Counted from the first letter of the stretch, positions 25,679-40,213 are shown. The stretch is 64,000 nucleotides of DNA from Octopus vulgaris (GCA_951406725.2 OX597819.1:16492001-16556000); one strand, 5' to 3'. Notes: a model not told the origin generated them from the letters alone. Translations and numbers: made by a program.

Positions 25679-27125
25679 CGAGGTGGTATCAATAAGCTCC
25701 CGGAATAGTTGTGTTTAATAAAAAGTAACTTATATATCTAAGTTTTAACATCATCTCCCTCGAAATAGTCACCCGCCGAGGTCGACGTAGCCTTCCATCC
25801 TTTCGGGGTCGATTAAATAAGTACCAGTTACGCACTGGGGTCGGTATACTTGACTTAATCCCTTTTTCCCTATTCTTGTCTGTCCCCTGTGGGCAACAAA
25901 GAAATAAAAGAAATAGTCACCTTCCGCAACAATATACCGATCTCAGCGTTCCTGCCACTTTTGGAATCCATACTGGAAGTCGTTTCCCGTAAGTGAGTCG
26001 AGGACCGATTGCTATTCGCTCTGGATCTCGACAACGGTGTTAAAACGGCGACCTTTAAGATGCATTTTCATCTTGAGGAAGAAACAGAAGTCCGCAGGTG
26101 CTAAATCCGGTGAACAGGGTGGGTGCAGAAGCGATGCCATATTTTTGGCCAGAAACTCACGAGTGAGGAGAGAGTGTGTTATCCTCGTGAAGAAGCTAAT
26201 TCTTCGATCTCCACAGATTCGGTCCCTTTCGCCGAATCTCCTTCCTCAAACACTTCAAAATGTCGCAGTAAAACTCTCGATTGATGGTCTGGGTCTGGAG
26301 GACGAATTCTCGATGCACAATACCACAAATGTCGAAATAAACAAGCGATGAGCATGCTCTTGGTTGAGCTGCGACTCTGTCGTGCGGGAAGGTGAAGGCT
26401 TCTTCCATTGTGACAACTGCTGCTTCGTCTCAGGATCGTACTTGTAGACCAACTCTCGTCACTGGTGATGATCCTCGACATGAAGAATGGGTCATCAGCG
26501 ACACGCTGACGGAGATTTAGACAGACTTCGATACGATGTTATTTCTGCTCAGTTGCCAGCAGGCGGGGATCAAACTTGGCAGAGACACGCCGCATGTTCA
26601 ATTCAGACGTTAGGATTCCCTGCACGGACCCAATACGAGGGACCAACGACTTCAGCAGTGTCACTGATTGTCCTCCATCTATCTTCATGCACAAGCTGAT
26701 GCATTTACTCCATGTTTCCAAGGGTGACGCACGTGGCAGGTCTTCCAGATCCATCATCGTCTTCCAGGGACTTTCTTCCGCTTTTGAAGGTCCCGTGTCG
26801 CTCGAAACATTGCGTACGACCCATTACCTCGTCGCCGTAAGTTTAACGAAGCATGCTCAATGTCTCTGTAGCTGACTTCCAAAGTTTAACGCATAATTTC
26901 ATGTTGGTTCTTTGTTCCAACTTTCTGACCATAACAATATCGCAGACTACAGCGTACTTGTGATTGCGAAAACACAAATTTCACAATTTGCGAAGTAAAC
27001 ATAGAAATGTCACTCGGCACACTGCCTCAAGAAGGTCACTGCTAGCTCTCACTGCACATGCAACTGTGTGCTGCCATCTGTTGGCGCGCTACAGAACAAG
27101 TCTGGGAACTTTTTGATACCACCTG
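25679..27125 (-). mobile_element. Mariner-family DNA transposon, full length, transposase pseudogenised
   Basis: TA|CGAGGTGGTATCAATAAGCTCCCGG ... TCTGGGAACTTTTTGATACCACCTG|TA TIRs. Fragments RRVSAKFDPRLL, IITSDESW, YDPETKQQ, GIVHREFV..QTINREFYCDIL and HPPCSPDLAPADF match the mariner WVPxxL and YSPDLAPSD motifs. Confidence 0.93.
25774..25909 (+). mobile_element. 5'-truncated SINE inserted in the mariner, with 12-bp TSD
   Basis: GAAATAGTCACC duplicated at 25762-25773 and 25910-25921; body ccgaggtcgac...gccttccatcctttcggggtcgattaaataagtaccag with A-rich tail. Confidence 0.85.
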
Positions 27126-27170
27126 TATGTGTGTATATGTATGTATGTATGTATATTTAAAATATTAAAT

Positions 27171-27211
<41 letters not shown>

Positions 27212-27411
27212 CAATAAATATATTTGTAATCACGTCGCGATAGAGTCACCATGTCCATATAATACACACGTGCATCGTTATATTTTGTTTTGCTTTATTT
27301 TCCATCAATGGTTTATAAATTAAAATACAATGAGGAAGAGTGTTCAATTAACAGATTTATTATAACAAGCTTTATAATATGTGTGTGCGTGTGTGTATGT
27401 ATGCATGTGTC

Positions 27412-27480
<69 letters not shown>

Positions 27481-27564
27481 GTATGTATGTGTGTATATAT
27501 GTGTATGTATATATATGTATATATATATATATATGTATATACATGTGCATATATATATATACAC

Positions 27565-27597
<33 letters not shown>

Positions 27598-28243
27598 CAC
27601 ACACATATAAATATATATATACACACATATAAATATATATATACACACATATATATATATATGTATTTATGTATGTATGTATGTATGTACGTGTGTTTGT
27701 GTATGTTTATGTTGAATGTAAATTATGAAAAAATTATGTAATTACAATTTTCTCAGTGAACCAAACATGAAACAAAAGTTTTAATCAACAAAAAAAAAAC
27801 CCCATCGAAACTATAATATTGTTATTTCGATTTGTGAAATTTTAATAAAACTGCAGTGTTTCATTCTATTGATGAAATATGTGATAAATGCAGGGGGTAT
27901 ATTTCCCATTTAGGGAGGAGACGATATATTTCCCTGAGGTGTAGCCCTTTTATAGACAACGTCGCCATCAAGCAATCTTCTTTGTGTTATGTATGTCAGT
28001 TATGACATCCCACGTTAACCAATTTTCAGAGCTAGTTCCTTCTTTTTAATATCAAGGATGAGTAACTGGTCTTAATTCATGCATGCATAAATACATACCA
28101 TCATGCATGCATAGATACAACGTATATATATATACGCATACGTAAGACGAAACATGCAAATAAACACATGTAGTGACATCAAGGCATGCAAATGTACATG
28201 CAAAAGCTACATTACAGTGAAGATAGATAGACAAACAGACAGT

Positions 28244-28294
<51 letters not shown>

Positions 28295-28299
28295 TGATA

Positions 28300-28300
28300 T

Positions 28301-28370
<70 letters not shown>

Positions 28371-28403
28371 GGATGGATGGATGGATGGATGGATGGATGG
28401 ATG

Positions 28404-28474
<71 letters not shown>

Positions 28475-28487
28475 GGATGGATGGATG

Positions 28488-28533
<46 letters not shown>

Positions 28534-28535
28534 CA
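28300..28535. repeat. (GATA)n/(GATG)n microsatellite
   Basis: Directly visible. Confidence 0.95.
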
Positions 28536-28559
28536 CACATACATACAAAATTTAGGCTA

Positions 28560-28830
28560 GAAGTTCACATAAAATTTTAAGCTGGGAGTTCACATTAGTT
28601 TAAAGTCCTACTAAATGGATGGTGGTTTAAAGATAAGAGCTGTTGCTAAAATACAGCCATATTACAGTAGCCGAAATCGTAATTTCTGTATAGCTGAGAG
28701 CTTCGACATCCTAATCGCCCGTGAACAACAACTCAGCAAAAAATCCGGTGCTCGTCACCATCTGCAAATCACGACACTCACAAGATCTGCCTCAATAAAC
28801 AAAAAACGTATTCCTGACCAAGTTGAGTAA
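28560..28830 (+). pseudogene. Penelope-like GIY-YIG endonuclease C-terminal remnant
   Basis: KIRAVAKIQPYYSSRNRNFCIAESFDILIAREQQLSKKS... resembles WKILxxxxPYxxxxxxCxLCxxEKxxI...LNKRSELxxxC. Confidence 0.55.
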
Positions 28831-29014
28831 GATCTGCTTAGCCTCATCCACATACTCATACACATACAACAACACAATACCAGCTTGCACTACCACAATG
28901 CATTATGGTCACACACCAAACAACATATGGACACCTTTAGCACATGTATATGGCTGTCTTGGCCTGCCTGCTTGGGCTTTCAGCTTCCGATATTGACACG
29001 CGGGAGCGCCGACT

Positions 29015-29060
<46 letters not shown>

Positions 29061-29090
29061 ACACACACATACACACACACACTCACACAC

Positions 29091-29122
<32 letters not shown>

Positions 29123-29336
29123 GGTTTTTTACTTGTTTCAGTCATTTGACTGCGACCATGCTGGAAAACCGCCTTTAGTCGAACAAATGGACCCCAGGAC
29201 TTATTCTTTGTAAGCCTAGTATTTATTCTATCGGTCTCATTTACCGAACCGCTAAGTTACGGAGATGTATACACTGTAACATGAGTGGTCAAGTGGTGGT
29301 GGCGAGGGGGTGGTAAACAGACACAAAAATACATAT

Positions 29337-29397
<61 letters not shown>

Positions 29398-29417
29398 ACG
29401 GGCTTCTTTCAGTTTCC

Positions 29418-29624
29418 ATCTACCATATCCACTCACAAGACTTTGGTTAGCTTGAGGCTATAGTACAAGACACTTTCCCAAAGTGTCACGTAGCGGAACT
29501 GAACCCAGAACCGTGTGGTTGGGAGGTAAGCTTCTTACCACACAGCCACGCCTCCGCCTGTACATACATACGCACATACATACATACATACATACATACA
29601 TACATACATACATACATACATACG

Positions 29625-29662
<38 letters not shown>

Positions 29663-29678
29663 CATTTAAAAAAAAATG

Positions 29679-29715
<37 letters not shown>

Positions 29716-29945
29716 GTATGTACGTATGTATGTATGTATGTATGTATGTATGTATGTATGTATGTATGTATGTATGTATGTATGTATGTGCGTATGTATG
29801 TACAGGCGGAGGCGTGGCTGTGTGGTAAGAAGCTTACCTCCCAACCACACGGTTCTGGGTTCAGTTCCGCTACGTGACACTTTGGGAAAGTGTCTTGTAC
29901 TATAGCCTCAAGCTAACCAAAGTCTTGTGAGTGGATATGGTAGAT
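29418..29945. repeat. Near-perfect ~530-bp palindrome made of a SINE head and microsatellites
   Basis: The unique SINE parts of the arms are exact reverse complements; centre tacattt-aaaaaa-aaatgta at 29661-29680. Confidence 0.95.
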
Positions 29946-29954
29946 ACATAATAC

Positions 29955-30003
<49 letters not shown>

Positions 30004-30281
30004 TCTAATCTAGCGATGGTCTACTTTTGGGTAGCTCCCGTGCATGTCAACCTTCTTGAACACTCTCTATACAACACGAGAGGACCCGTACCTTCCCTTG
30101 TTACCGTTAAGTAGATTACTGGAATTTCGGCTGCCGTACAAGACTTCGGATGAATACTGGAGTGGTTTCCTATTGTCTTCTCCTGGCACGTGGAATTTGA
30201 ACTCAGGCTGTAGAGAGCCGGAAGATATACCGTAAAGCATTTCTGCTAACGAACCAATGATTCTGACACTCTCCCACCCGC

Positions 30282-30392
30282 AGAACAACATGAAATGAAG
30301 TGTTTTGCTCAAGGACACAACGCGCCGCCCAGTCCTGGAATCGAACTCAAGGTCTACTGATCGTGAGTGCAACATGCTAACCACTAAGCCAT
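30282..30392 (-). mobile_element. tRNA-derived SINE head (second family)
   Basis: tggcttagtggttagc...gagttcgattccaggac...ttgtgtccttgagcaaaacacttcatttcatgttg; related copies at 43555-43790 and 50180-50470. Confidence 0.75.
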
Positions 30393-30423
30393 ATACATAA
30401 ATACATACATACATACACACACA

Positions 30424-30491
<68 letters not shown>

Positions 30492-31076
30492 GAGAGAGAG
30501 AGAAAGAGAGAGCGAGAGAGAAAGAGAGAGAGAGAGAGGAGAGATACACCACCGACATTTCGTACACTAATGGTCCGGAACCTCTTATAATCCGCACTAA
30601 TTTATACTAATGTTGTACCTGTATTCCATTTAAATAAATTTAATATTGGTTTAATTCAGATTGTGTTGACTAAGGTGACCTTCCTTGGTCCAGAAAAATA
30701 AGTAAACCGGACATTTTGGGAGATCAAAGGTTCCGGAAAATTGATGTTGTACTATATATATATATATATAAAACCATCGACCGGATCTCCCAGATTTCAA
30801 CTGCATAGACCTCTGCATCATACTACTCTATACTGGATTACTATGTCGTTTGCTAGCCGAGTCTGCTAGAAGAGCTTTCCGTGGTGATAGCCACACGATT
30901 CCAAAATCCATATGTTACACTACAATATATATATATATATACTGTTTCACATTGTTGTCGTGGTTTAGTCCTAAGTTAGACTCGGTTGAATAATTTGCAT
31001 GGGGTATTCAAACAACTCAAATAAGTTATACAAGTGGTAAACATTCGAAGTCACTGTCAATAAAATTTTATATGTG

Positions 31077-31151
<75 letters not shown>

Positions 31152-31680
31152 GTAGGTAGGTAGGTAGGTAGGTATGTAGGTAGGTATGTAGGTAGATAGG
31201 TAGGTATGTAGGTATGTAGGTAGGTAGGTAGGTAGGTAGGTAGGTAGGTAGGTAGGTAGGTAGGTGGAGTAAATTGGTAAATAGGGAGGTAGGTGTACGA
31301 ATAGGGAGATAACTTGATATATATATGTAAATAGTCAGGTAGATAAATCGGTAGACAAAAATGGTTAGAAGATTAGAAATATCGCATAGGATATTTGCTA
31401 GTACCGAGTGCTGAACATGAAGTAGTGGGGTGCATTAAGGGACAAATCGATTGTCTCATAATTGATAATGTTGTTGTCCTGTAAATCCCAAAAATATTTG
31501 GAGAGTGAGGCGGTGAAATGTGTTTTAGTCTGAAGGTGTATACATTTTGGGGGAATCGTTTCTTAATGAAAGTTTCATTTAGCTCTCTGAAGCTGTTTTT
31601 ATTTCACTGTTGTTTGCAAGAGGGACCGCAGCTCAATAAACTAATACTTTAGAAAGACACGTGACATTGAAAGAGTAGAT

Positions 31681-31926
31681 CAGTGGTTCTAAACCAAGGT
31701 TCATATAACCTTTGGGGGTCCACTTAAGATGTTGTTAAAATTTGTATGCAACAAATTGGTTTACACTCTTTCAATACACGGAATATTTGAAGAATTTTTA
31801 CACAATCCCTAAAAATATTTAATTATAAGAATATAAGATTTTTAAAAATCGAATTTTTATGAAGGTCCACCAGAATAAAATGGGAACTAAGGTGGTCTAC
31901 TGGTAAAATTTGGTTGAAAACCACTG
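31681..31926. mobile_element. hAT-type MITE
   Basis: TIRs CAGTGGTTCTAAACCAA / TTGGTTGAAAACCACTG; degenerate 8-bp TSD gagtagat/gggttgat. Confidence 0.7.
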
Positions 31927-33411
31927 GGGTTGATATTATGGTTGTAAAAATTAAATAGAAGAGGTGAGTTTTGTGTGTTTGTTGTAGAAAATCGGGGTTT
32001 TTTTTCAAACTGTGGAAGTATCAAAAATTTTAATGGAAGTGCTGTTCGTTTGAACGCTGTTTATATTAAAGAGTTTGTGATAAGAAGGGTCTGCAAAGAC
32101 GAGCTTGTTTATAAGGTTTAGGAAAACCCTACAAACATTAGAACAAATATTGAAGCTACATGGAGGATCATATCATATGACATCGTGTCGTATTCTTGCG
32201 TTTGAGTATGGATTAAGTTCTCAGTAAAATATATTGTTCCTTAATTCGTCATTGTAATAATGAGCAGCATGATTAAAGTTATTTCAACAAAGGAGAAGAT
32301 GGATTTGCGTTTACTAATGAGATTAATTCAGTTTCTAAGGGTTATTGAAAGATTATTGGAATTCACATCATATATATACTGCAATTTCTAATCAGGCTTA
32401 CTAGAAGTCTTCTGTATTTTTTTTTTAGCTCTACTTAAATCTAGAGTTCTTCAACAAATTAAGTACATTTAGATTTGTTTCTACTGTGTAAAGATTGGAT
32501 TCTGTTGACAAGTATATTTTCCAAAGCAAATCTAAGAGGTGCAATGCTACCAATTCCCACTGCAAGATTTAATGCTTGTATCAAACAATTAGTGTAACCC
32601 AAAAAGAATGATCAAAACTAGCAAAGATATCCTTGCGTGCTTTATAATATCCATGTCATAGTCATTAAATGGAATAAAAGCTCTCTTTCGAATTTTAAAT
32701 CTTTTTCAAAAATGATATAGTTATTGATAGACAGAAATTTAATATATAGAAGAGCATAAATTTGCAAAGATCCATATTTTGTATGTCCTATGATTGAATT
32801 AACAGCCAATAAACTATTATTCCATAATGGAGAAGAGGTAGCCTGTTTAATGTTGAAAATGAGTGAACTTAAATATTTTTATTTATCTCACTTTTTGCCG
32901 GATTTTTTAAACTACGTTCGAAGTAGGTAAGATAATTATCGTTATGATCTTTAAAGGTAACATATGGTTCCCGAAACACCAAGGCTTACCTTCTATCTTC
33001 TACTTTTAGGCTCGTTGCTAATCATATTTCGAATATTTTTGCTCGTGTTTGTTCAATGTTGCTTCAATTTTTTTAATCACTCGAATAGTCGGCAAAGTGA
33101 AATTCAAACTAATGTCTCAAGATGCATTAACGTCTAATAAAATACTCAAATTCATAAACTTACTCATGTTGTATCGGGCTTTGCCTTCATTTTGGACAAC
33201 ATCGGTGGCGGGCAGAGGGGAGATTTGTGTGTATTTCTGTACACAAGCAACTGCTCGTCTTCTGTAAAAAGACATCTTGCTCAAACCTGGTCCTTGGAGA
33301 CGAATTTTACGGGTGCTGATCCATTGTCTTACATAGGAAATTGTGTATGTCTGTGTATACATGTGTGTGTGTGTATGTGATGATATTTTAAGTTGTGGAG
33401 CTGTGTTAAAC

Positions 33412-33493
<82 letters not shown>

Positions 33494-33497
33494 CATG

Positions 33498-33554
<57 letters not shown>

Positions 33555-33717
33555 GTTTCGGGACAGTCATTTTTTCTTCTTTTTTTTTTGCCATATAAAC
33601 ACACGCACCATCCTGAAATGCAACAATATCATTTTCAACACACGATTTGACATCTAGAATCTTGCAAAACGAATTGATATATGTGTGTGTGTGTGTGTGT
33701 GTGTATGCATGTATCTA

Positions 33718-33780
<63 letters not shown>

Positions 33781-35689
33781 GTATCAAATGTTTCCACAGG
33801 TAAATGCAGGTAAATGCAAGTACCCAGCTTGACTTTCCAGTTTCATTCTTGAGCCGATGAGACAGAAACATCTCCCATAAACAGACGTCAACCTGTTGTT
33901 GATAATATTTCTACAAGCTCTCACTTATATACTTCACATCCAGGCAAATTAATTCAACGTAAAATTATACAGTATTTTTGCCTCAGAGACGCAACAACAA
34001 ACCTATTGATTGGAGATTTGAATTAATGACCAAAGGGACGAATATCTGTAATCTGTTCACTCGTATATACATATATATATATATTTGAAAAAAGGAAAAG
34101 AATTACTTCACTGGTAGTTCTAATCAGAGAGAGATAGAGAGAGTTAGAGAGAGAGAGGGGGAGGGAGAGAAAGAGAGATGTATATATACTTTTATATAGA
34201 ATCACAAAGCCACAAAGCCACAAATCCTCAGATCTGTTTGACAACGAATGCGAGAAAGTTCTCCAAAAAAATTAATTAACAAGGAATTTTTCTTTTTTAA
34301 ATCTCCCCACATAAGCTAACAAAGAACTTACTAGATTTATGAACTGAAGTGTAAAATTTATATTATTAAAATATAATAAAATAATAAATCAAACTAAGTA
34401 GAACTAGCAGTGACGTCATTCTTTTCCTTTTTTTCAAATATATCTAACTAAACCAAGGATCCCACACATTTTCCAATACATACGTACATACATACATACA
34501 TACATACATACATACATACATACATACATACATACATACATACATACATAGCCTCGATTTATTCAAATCTGTGAGTGAAATTCGGCAGAAGGGAACTGTG
34601 AAACTCTGTCTGATGAGCTGCTCCTGTTGTTGTGTTGTGGAATTTATCTGTTGCCCTGTTTAATCTTGATTTCAATGGCACCCAAGAACCCCTCTTGGTT
34701 CTTGGATGGCATTGGGATGGCCTATTCTCGTGTAAGGGTTCATGCCAGGTCGATGGGGTGAGGATTTCTTTCTCCTTTTTCTCCTCAAAAGTTTCAGATG
34801 ATCTGAATCAAGACATCAACATCACTCTTTCTCCTTGGGCCAAACCAGATACATAGAAGATACACACACACACACAATCGAGTGCGCGCGCACTCACGCA
34901 CTTTGATCAAGTCGTGCACGCATCATAACTTTTCTTGAAATATAAAACTGACAAAGAAGGCAAGGTTATTAGAAAAAGGAGGAAACAACTCAACGAAGGA
35001 ACTTTTACGCAGTCACTTAACTGGTCAGGAATTGCAACCAGATCTCTCTGGCTAAAACCACTCTTTTAAACAATGACGGACACGCAAAATTATGGAGTCC
35101 TTCATGACTGGAATTCCTTTGATCATTGTTTTGTTTAGTCATGGTTAACCAGGAGCGAAACAACAACAACAACAACAACAACAGCAACAACAACAGCAAC
35201 AGCAGCACCACCAACATAATGTGAGAAGTTTTGAAAATTAAAACAGACTAACAGACCAACAGACAGACAGACAGACAGACGGGCGGATAGGCAGACAAAG
35301 AGACTGACAGACTGGTAGACAGACGTTCACACAGACGGACAGACAGTTAGACAGACAAACAGCCAGGCAGACAAACAGCCAGGCAGACAAGTAGAGTGAC
35401 AGAATGAGAGACATTGTGTCATTAAAGAAAGTTTGGTACTACCATTTTTGACTTCATATCATCGCAACTGGATTCCCTCTTCATCTGCACAGAGACGAAT
35501 CAATAAACTCAGAAAATATTGATTCTGTTTCCTTAGAAGAATTCCTTTGGGGAACTCATTCCATTTTGCTTTTCTTAAAAAAATGGTTATGAAAGTGTTT
35601 TTGTTTTCAATGTTTATGTGTGAGAGTATTGTAGTAAAAATAATAGGCAAATGCTCCGTAGAAAGTTGAACAATTGCTTACCTGCTGGT

Positions 35690-36000
35690 TATATCAGTCG
35701 GGAGTTGTTCACTAACAGGTTGTACAGCAGAAGCTAATGTTTCGGAAAGTGCTAGTGGGAGTCATATAGGATGTAGAGAGTGTCCAGTTGCGATGATATG
35801 GTCTCACCTTGCTTTTCTGTACCATTTGAAAATCAGGAAATGTTGAGAATAGTGAAATCTCCCTCAATTGTTGTTGTTTGTGAGAATGTTAAAGAGTTGA
35901 AGTTGTATGTAACCCGGCGGGATGGTTGGCGAGGTCGGTATGGGATCATACAAATCTATTATATCGGGGTAGTGCGTGTTCGTTTATAGCTTGAAAGCCT
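35690..36000 (-). pseudogene. Degenerate LINE apurinic endonuclease fragment
   Basis: Minus translation fragments IIDLYDP...PPGY..., a GDF-like motif, ETISSQLD and PTDIT follow APE endonuclease motif order; many stops. Confidence 0.45.
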
Positions 36001-36054
36001 GAACTTCTAGTGATATGTCGTACCCAACAGTTTGTGCATGTTAGAGTGACATCC

Positions 36055-36177
<123 letters not shown>

Positions 36178-36879
36178 TTGATTGATTGATTGATTGATTG
36201 ATTGCAAGATTTGTATGTATGTTTTCACACCACCACCTTTACCAGGAAAATCTCTGTCTTGTTTCATCTATTTATAATTTGCAATGGATGGTGTTTCTTG
36301 TGTGATTTTAAGAATGTCTCTTGAATTATTGCTACGTATGCGTTGTGTGTGATGATAATTCCATAAAGGTGTTTTTACTGCCGTTAGTATTGTAGAATTA
36401 AAAATTTTTGTGTGTCGTGTATATTCATTGTGTGTGTGATAGAAAGAGGAGAGAGAGAGGGTAGGGGAAGAAAGTTTTAAGTGAATCCTGCTCGAGTTTG
36501 CAGCATTAAGAATGGGGATTGCCCGATATTATTGTCGTTGTTGTTTGGGAGCAATTTCTGGATTGCTTGTTGTTTTTTGTGTGAGAATTTTGCAAATTGT
36601 TACCTTTAAACGGGTGATAAGAGTTCGTTACCTGTTGAATTTTAACTACTCTCGTACCACAATATCAGCATCTGTTGAAAGAGAGCCTCATTGCGTCGAA
36701 ATTTCATCCTTCAACTGCCATGCTAGCCATGACCACTCCGTCTTATGTCCTGGCATATAATATCCGGCATAAGTTTATCCTGAATATTTAACCATTTTGA
36801 AGACGGTAGGACAATTATTTAGGAAGATTTGGCGGCAATTTTTTGAAGGTTGAGCAACAGCGTAGAAGCTTCCAAGCTA

Positions 36880-37780
36880 ACTCGCCATCGTATTCTACCA
36901 AGACACAGAATCAAGGTTTTGTGAATTCAACAACACAACAATCACCAAATAGGCTCCGTAATGCATACACTCAACAACATAATAATGACCGCTTCATCTT
37001 TAAGCGAATCTCAGGAAACAACCTATAAATACACACGGGAAATCACGCACTAGAAATTGTCAGCTTTGTAAAAGCAACAGACCGTCTGACACACAATACG
37101 CTAAAACCATTCACAGTCGAAATAAATCTTCGTATGAAGAATAAAACTAAACGAACAAGTAACAAATACAATTACCCATGGAAAGATCAAAAATTTCCAA
37201 ACATTTGTATTCCACATAAATAAAAACTAACTAACACCATTTAGAGCAATTAACGGCATTAAAAAATGCCTGGCCACTCCACATTCCGTATCATAATGAC
37301 AGCCTCAGTTAATTTACCCACTAATGCCTTATGAAGACTTTCTCTAAAGGCAGCCACAAAAAATTATATGAAGAAGACAGGAATACAAAGCAAAAAATTA
37401 AGGGATTCCGCCTTAAAAAACAACACAGAACAATGGCCAATACTGTGTCAGGCCACCAGGACTATGTAGTGTGGAGTAACAGTATTTCCAAAGCCTGCAG
37501 GTCCTTGAATGAAGTGTAACAAGGGTCTATTCTTTCACCCACTCTTTTCAACCTACACAGCACAACCTCCGACACTTCCACAAAATATACAAAGAGTAGC
37601 TTATGCAGATGTTAACACACATCCCCCCTCTCTCTCTCTATCTATTCTCCAGATACGTAACTATTCCAAGACTTAATTAAACCATATGGAAACCTAGCTC
37701 CACACCCAGTCTCCCTTCTAACCAGCAACATCACAGAACAGCAAATACAATCGACCATTACTCTGAGTAGCAAAAGCATA

Positions 37781-37819
<39 letters not shown>

Positions 37820-38410
37820 ATAAACATACTAGCAATATACAATTCCTCGATAACCACATGACACACAAAAGAATGTATAAACAATGCACAAACGTATTTA
37901 GAGCAATTGCAAGTACCACATCAAACTAGCAACAAAAAAAAAACAAAAAAAAAAAGAAACAAAGAGAAACTATGCATTAAACCACCATGGACTTTTACCA
38001 ATCCTCTCGGGTCTCCCAAAATGCCTCAGCAGCAAACCCCAATAATCTTCAAAGAATTACAAAGCCGTGCTTTATCCATCATAACAGATTGTATACTATC
38101 CGCATCTACAAATCACAATGGGGAAAAAATAGTTTGTTTCCTTGATTCCTTGACAAGCTTTAATCACAGCAGACCCTGCCACTACGTGAGAAACCGCCTC
38201 CAGGTATATATAAAACAGCCCAGAGTACAATTACGACAATATCTTTCGCATTCAGCCTGACGAAGATGGAGAACATATACAGAAATCACTGCTACATCAA
38301 GGGCCGTACTGATTCCTTACTCCGTGCTGAGTTGCACACCATTAATAAGTGCAGAAGAGCTCTAATTGTCACTCTCAGACTGCATTCGCCTTGCCTACCT
38401 CCGCTGTGAC
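36880..38410 (+). pseudogene. Highly decayed LINE reverse transcriptase region
   Basis: QGSILSPTLFNL at 37520 and AYADV at ~37600 (QGS..SP..FN / YADD); A/C-rich LINE-like composition. Boundaries approximate. Confidence 0.7.
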
Positions 38411-39759
38411 ACCACTAAAATTTGTGGATATTCGTGAATTGAGGGAAAAGTAGATGAAAGTGTAATATATCCCAATTGTTACGCTGCACACCAAATGATT
38501 TACCTGGGAGAGTTCAGTACGGTCCCCAGTCAGACAGAGACATCTTATAGGCGCGAGCGAATATTACATCTATAAGTCAATCAGGCCATGTCGTTTGACC
38601 GACTACGTGCTTGCCATAGGACTGCTTGATCAGAGCCAACTTGGGGCGACATAACAACAGCGAACCAAAAAGGGAGGCTTCTTTGTGGTCGTTAGACATG
38701 CTACAAATAACAGCCAAATCTCCCTCAAATCTCATGCTACCGTCATCAAAAAGGAAGGACAGAAAGGATACTGCAGTCCTTGATATACTTATTATCTGAA
38801 TAAGACGGTGTTGTCATGACTGCATGGAATGTCTTGAATCGAAGATTTGGTCACTCAGATCTGGCGCTAAACAACAACAACAACAAGAAAGAAAGACACT
38901 CCAAGAATGACCTCCAGTTTTACCAAAGTTTAATTTTTCAACAGTAAAAAGATATACACAACCATTTTTTAATGATTTTTTTAATGTTGCATTATGTTGA
39001 TTTTTTTCTTGTTTTTATGTGTTTTTTTACAATATTTTTTTTTTTATAATTTTACTGATATAAATTTGTGTTTTCAAGAAACAACCTTCAGTTTTTTATA
39101 TTTTTTAATAATTTTTAAAATTTTTTTGATTGCCAGTTCATTATCCATGGCCCTGGATTAGTTGTATAAGCCCGTAGCCCGAGATGGTCAACTTCTGAAT
39201 CTTAGTTTTGTAACCCCAAAATCTTAGCTCATAACCCAAGCTTCAACTTTATATTATTTTTTGTCTTTTTTTTTTTTAATTAGTAGCTCATATAAAACAA
39301 GTAGTTATAAATTTAGTGTTATTTCGTAATGCGAGTTTCAAAAACTTTCGTCTTTGAATTCATAATACGAAGACTTAATTCGTAAACTCAGTTCTCAAGT
39401 CTTAAATGTTATGCTTCTAAAACAAGAACTAACTTAAGCTATACAAAGAAAAAAAAAAACTGACATTATAAGAAAAACTTATGAAAAATGGAAGATGGAT
39501 ACAGAAATTAAGGCCAATATTTTTGGTTCTATCTGACATCGAATAATTCAGAAAGAAATTGAATTAAGAACTGTTTAATCCTTTAAACCCTGGACGGTAT
39601 TCTTCTGAATCGAAATAGGTTTTTTCTTCTTTTCTTTCTTACTATTGTATTGTTCTAAATCCTAAGAATCGGTTAATCTTGCTTGGTTTGAGTTTTTTTT
39701 AAAATCATTATAAAATGTCTCTCTCTCTGTCTATATATATGTATATATTATGTGTGTGT

Positions 39760-39853
<94 letters not shown>

Positions 39854-39942
39854 ATATATACATATGTACACATTCACATGTACACACACATACACATATA
39901 TATTTGCATGTGCATATACTTACGTGCATGTATGCATGTGCG

Positions 39943-40001
<59 letters not shown>

Positions 40002-40109
40002 AAAAGAAAGAGAGAGTGAGAGAAAGAGAAAAAGAAAATAACGAAAGAGAAGTCCCCGCGGTATATACTGAAGCACAAAAAAGAAAAAAAATTGTTATAA
40101 TTCTTATAA

Positions 40110-40204
<95 letters not shown>

Positions 40205-40213
40205 TAGATAGGG

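Noticed and set aside
27940-27965. CTATAAAAGGG TATA-like box on the minus strand
   Set aside because: No downstream exon or ORF that I can support.
34595-34630. gtgaaactctgtctgatgagc hammerhead-like words
   Set aside because: I cannot form the required stems II and III around them.
35443-35484. Apparent minus-strand exon MKRESSCDDMKSKM with good acceptor
   Set aside because: Shares an 18-mer with the neighbouring LINE remnant, has a weak donor, and phase 0 gives an immediate stop in the next candidate exon.
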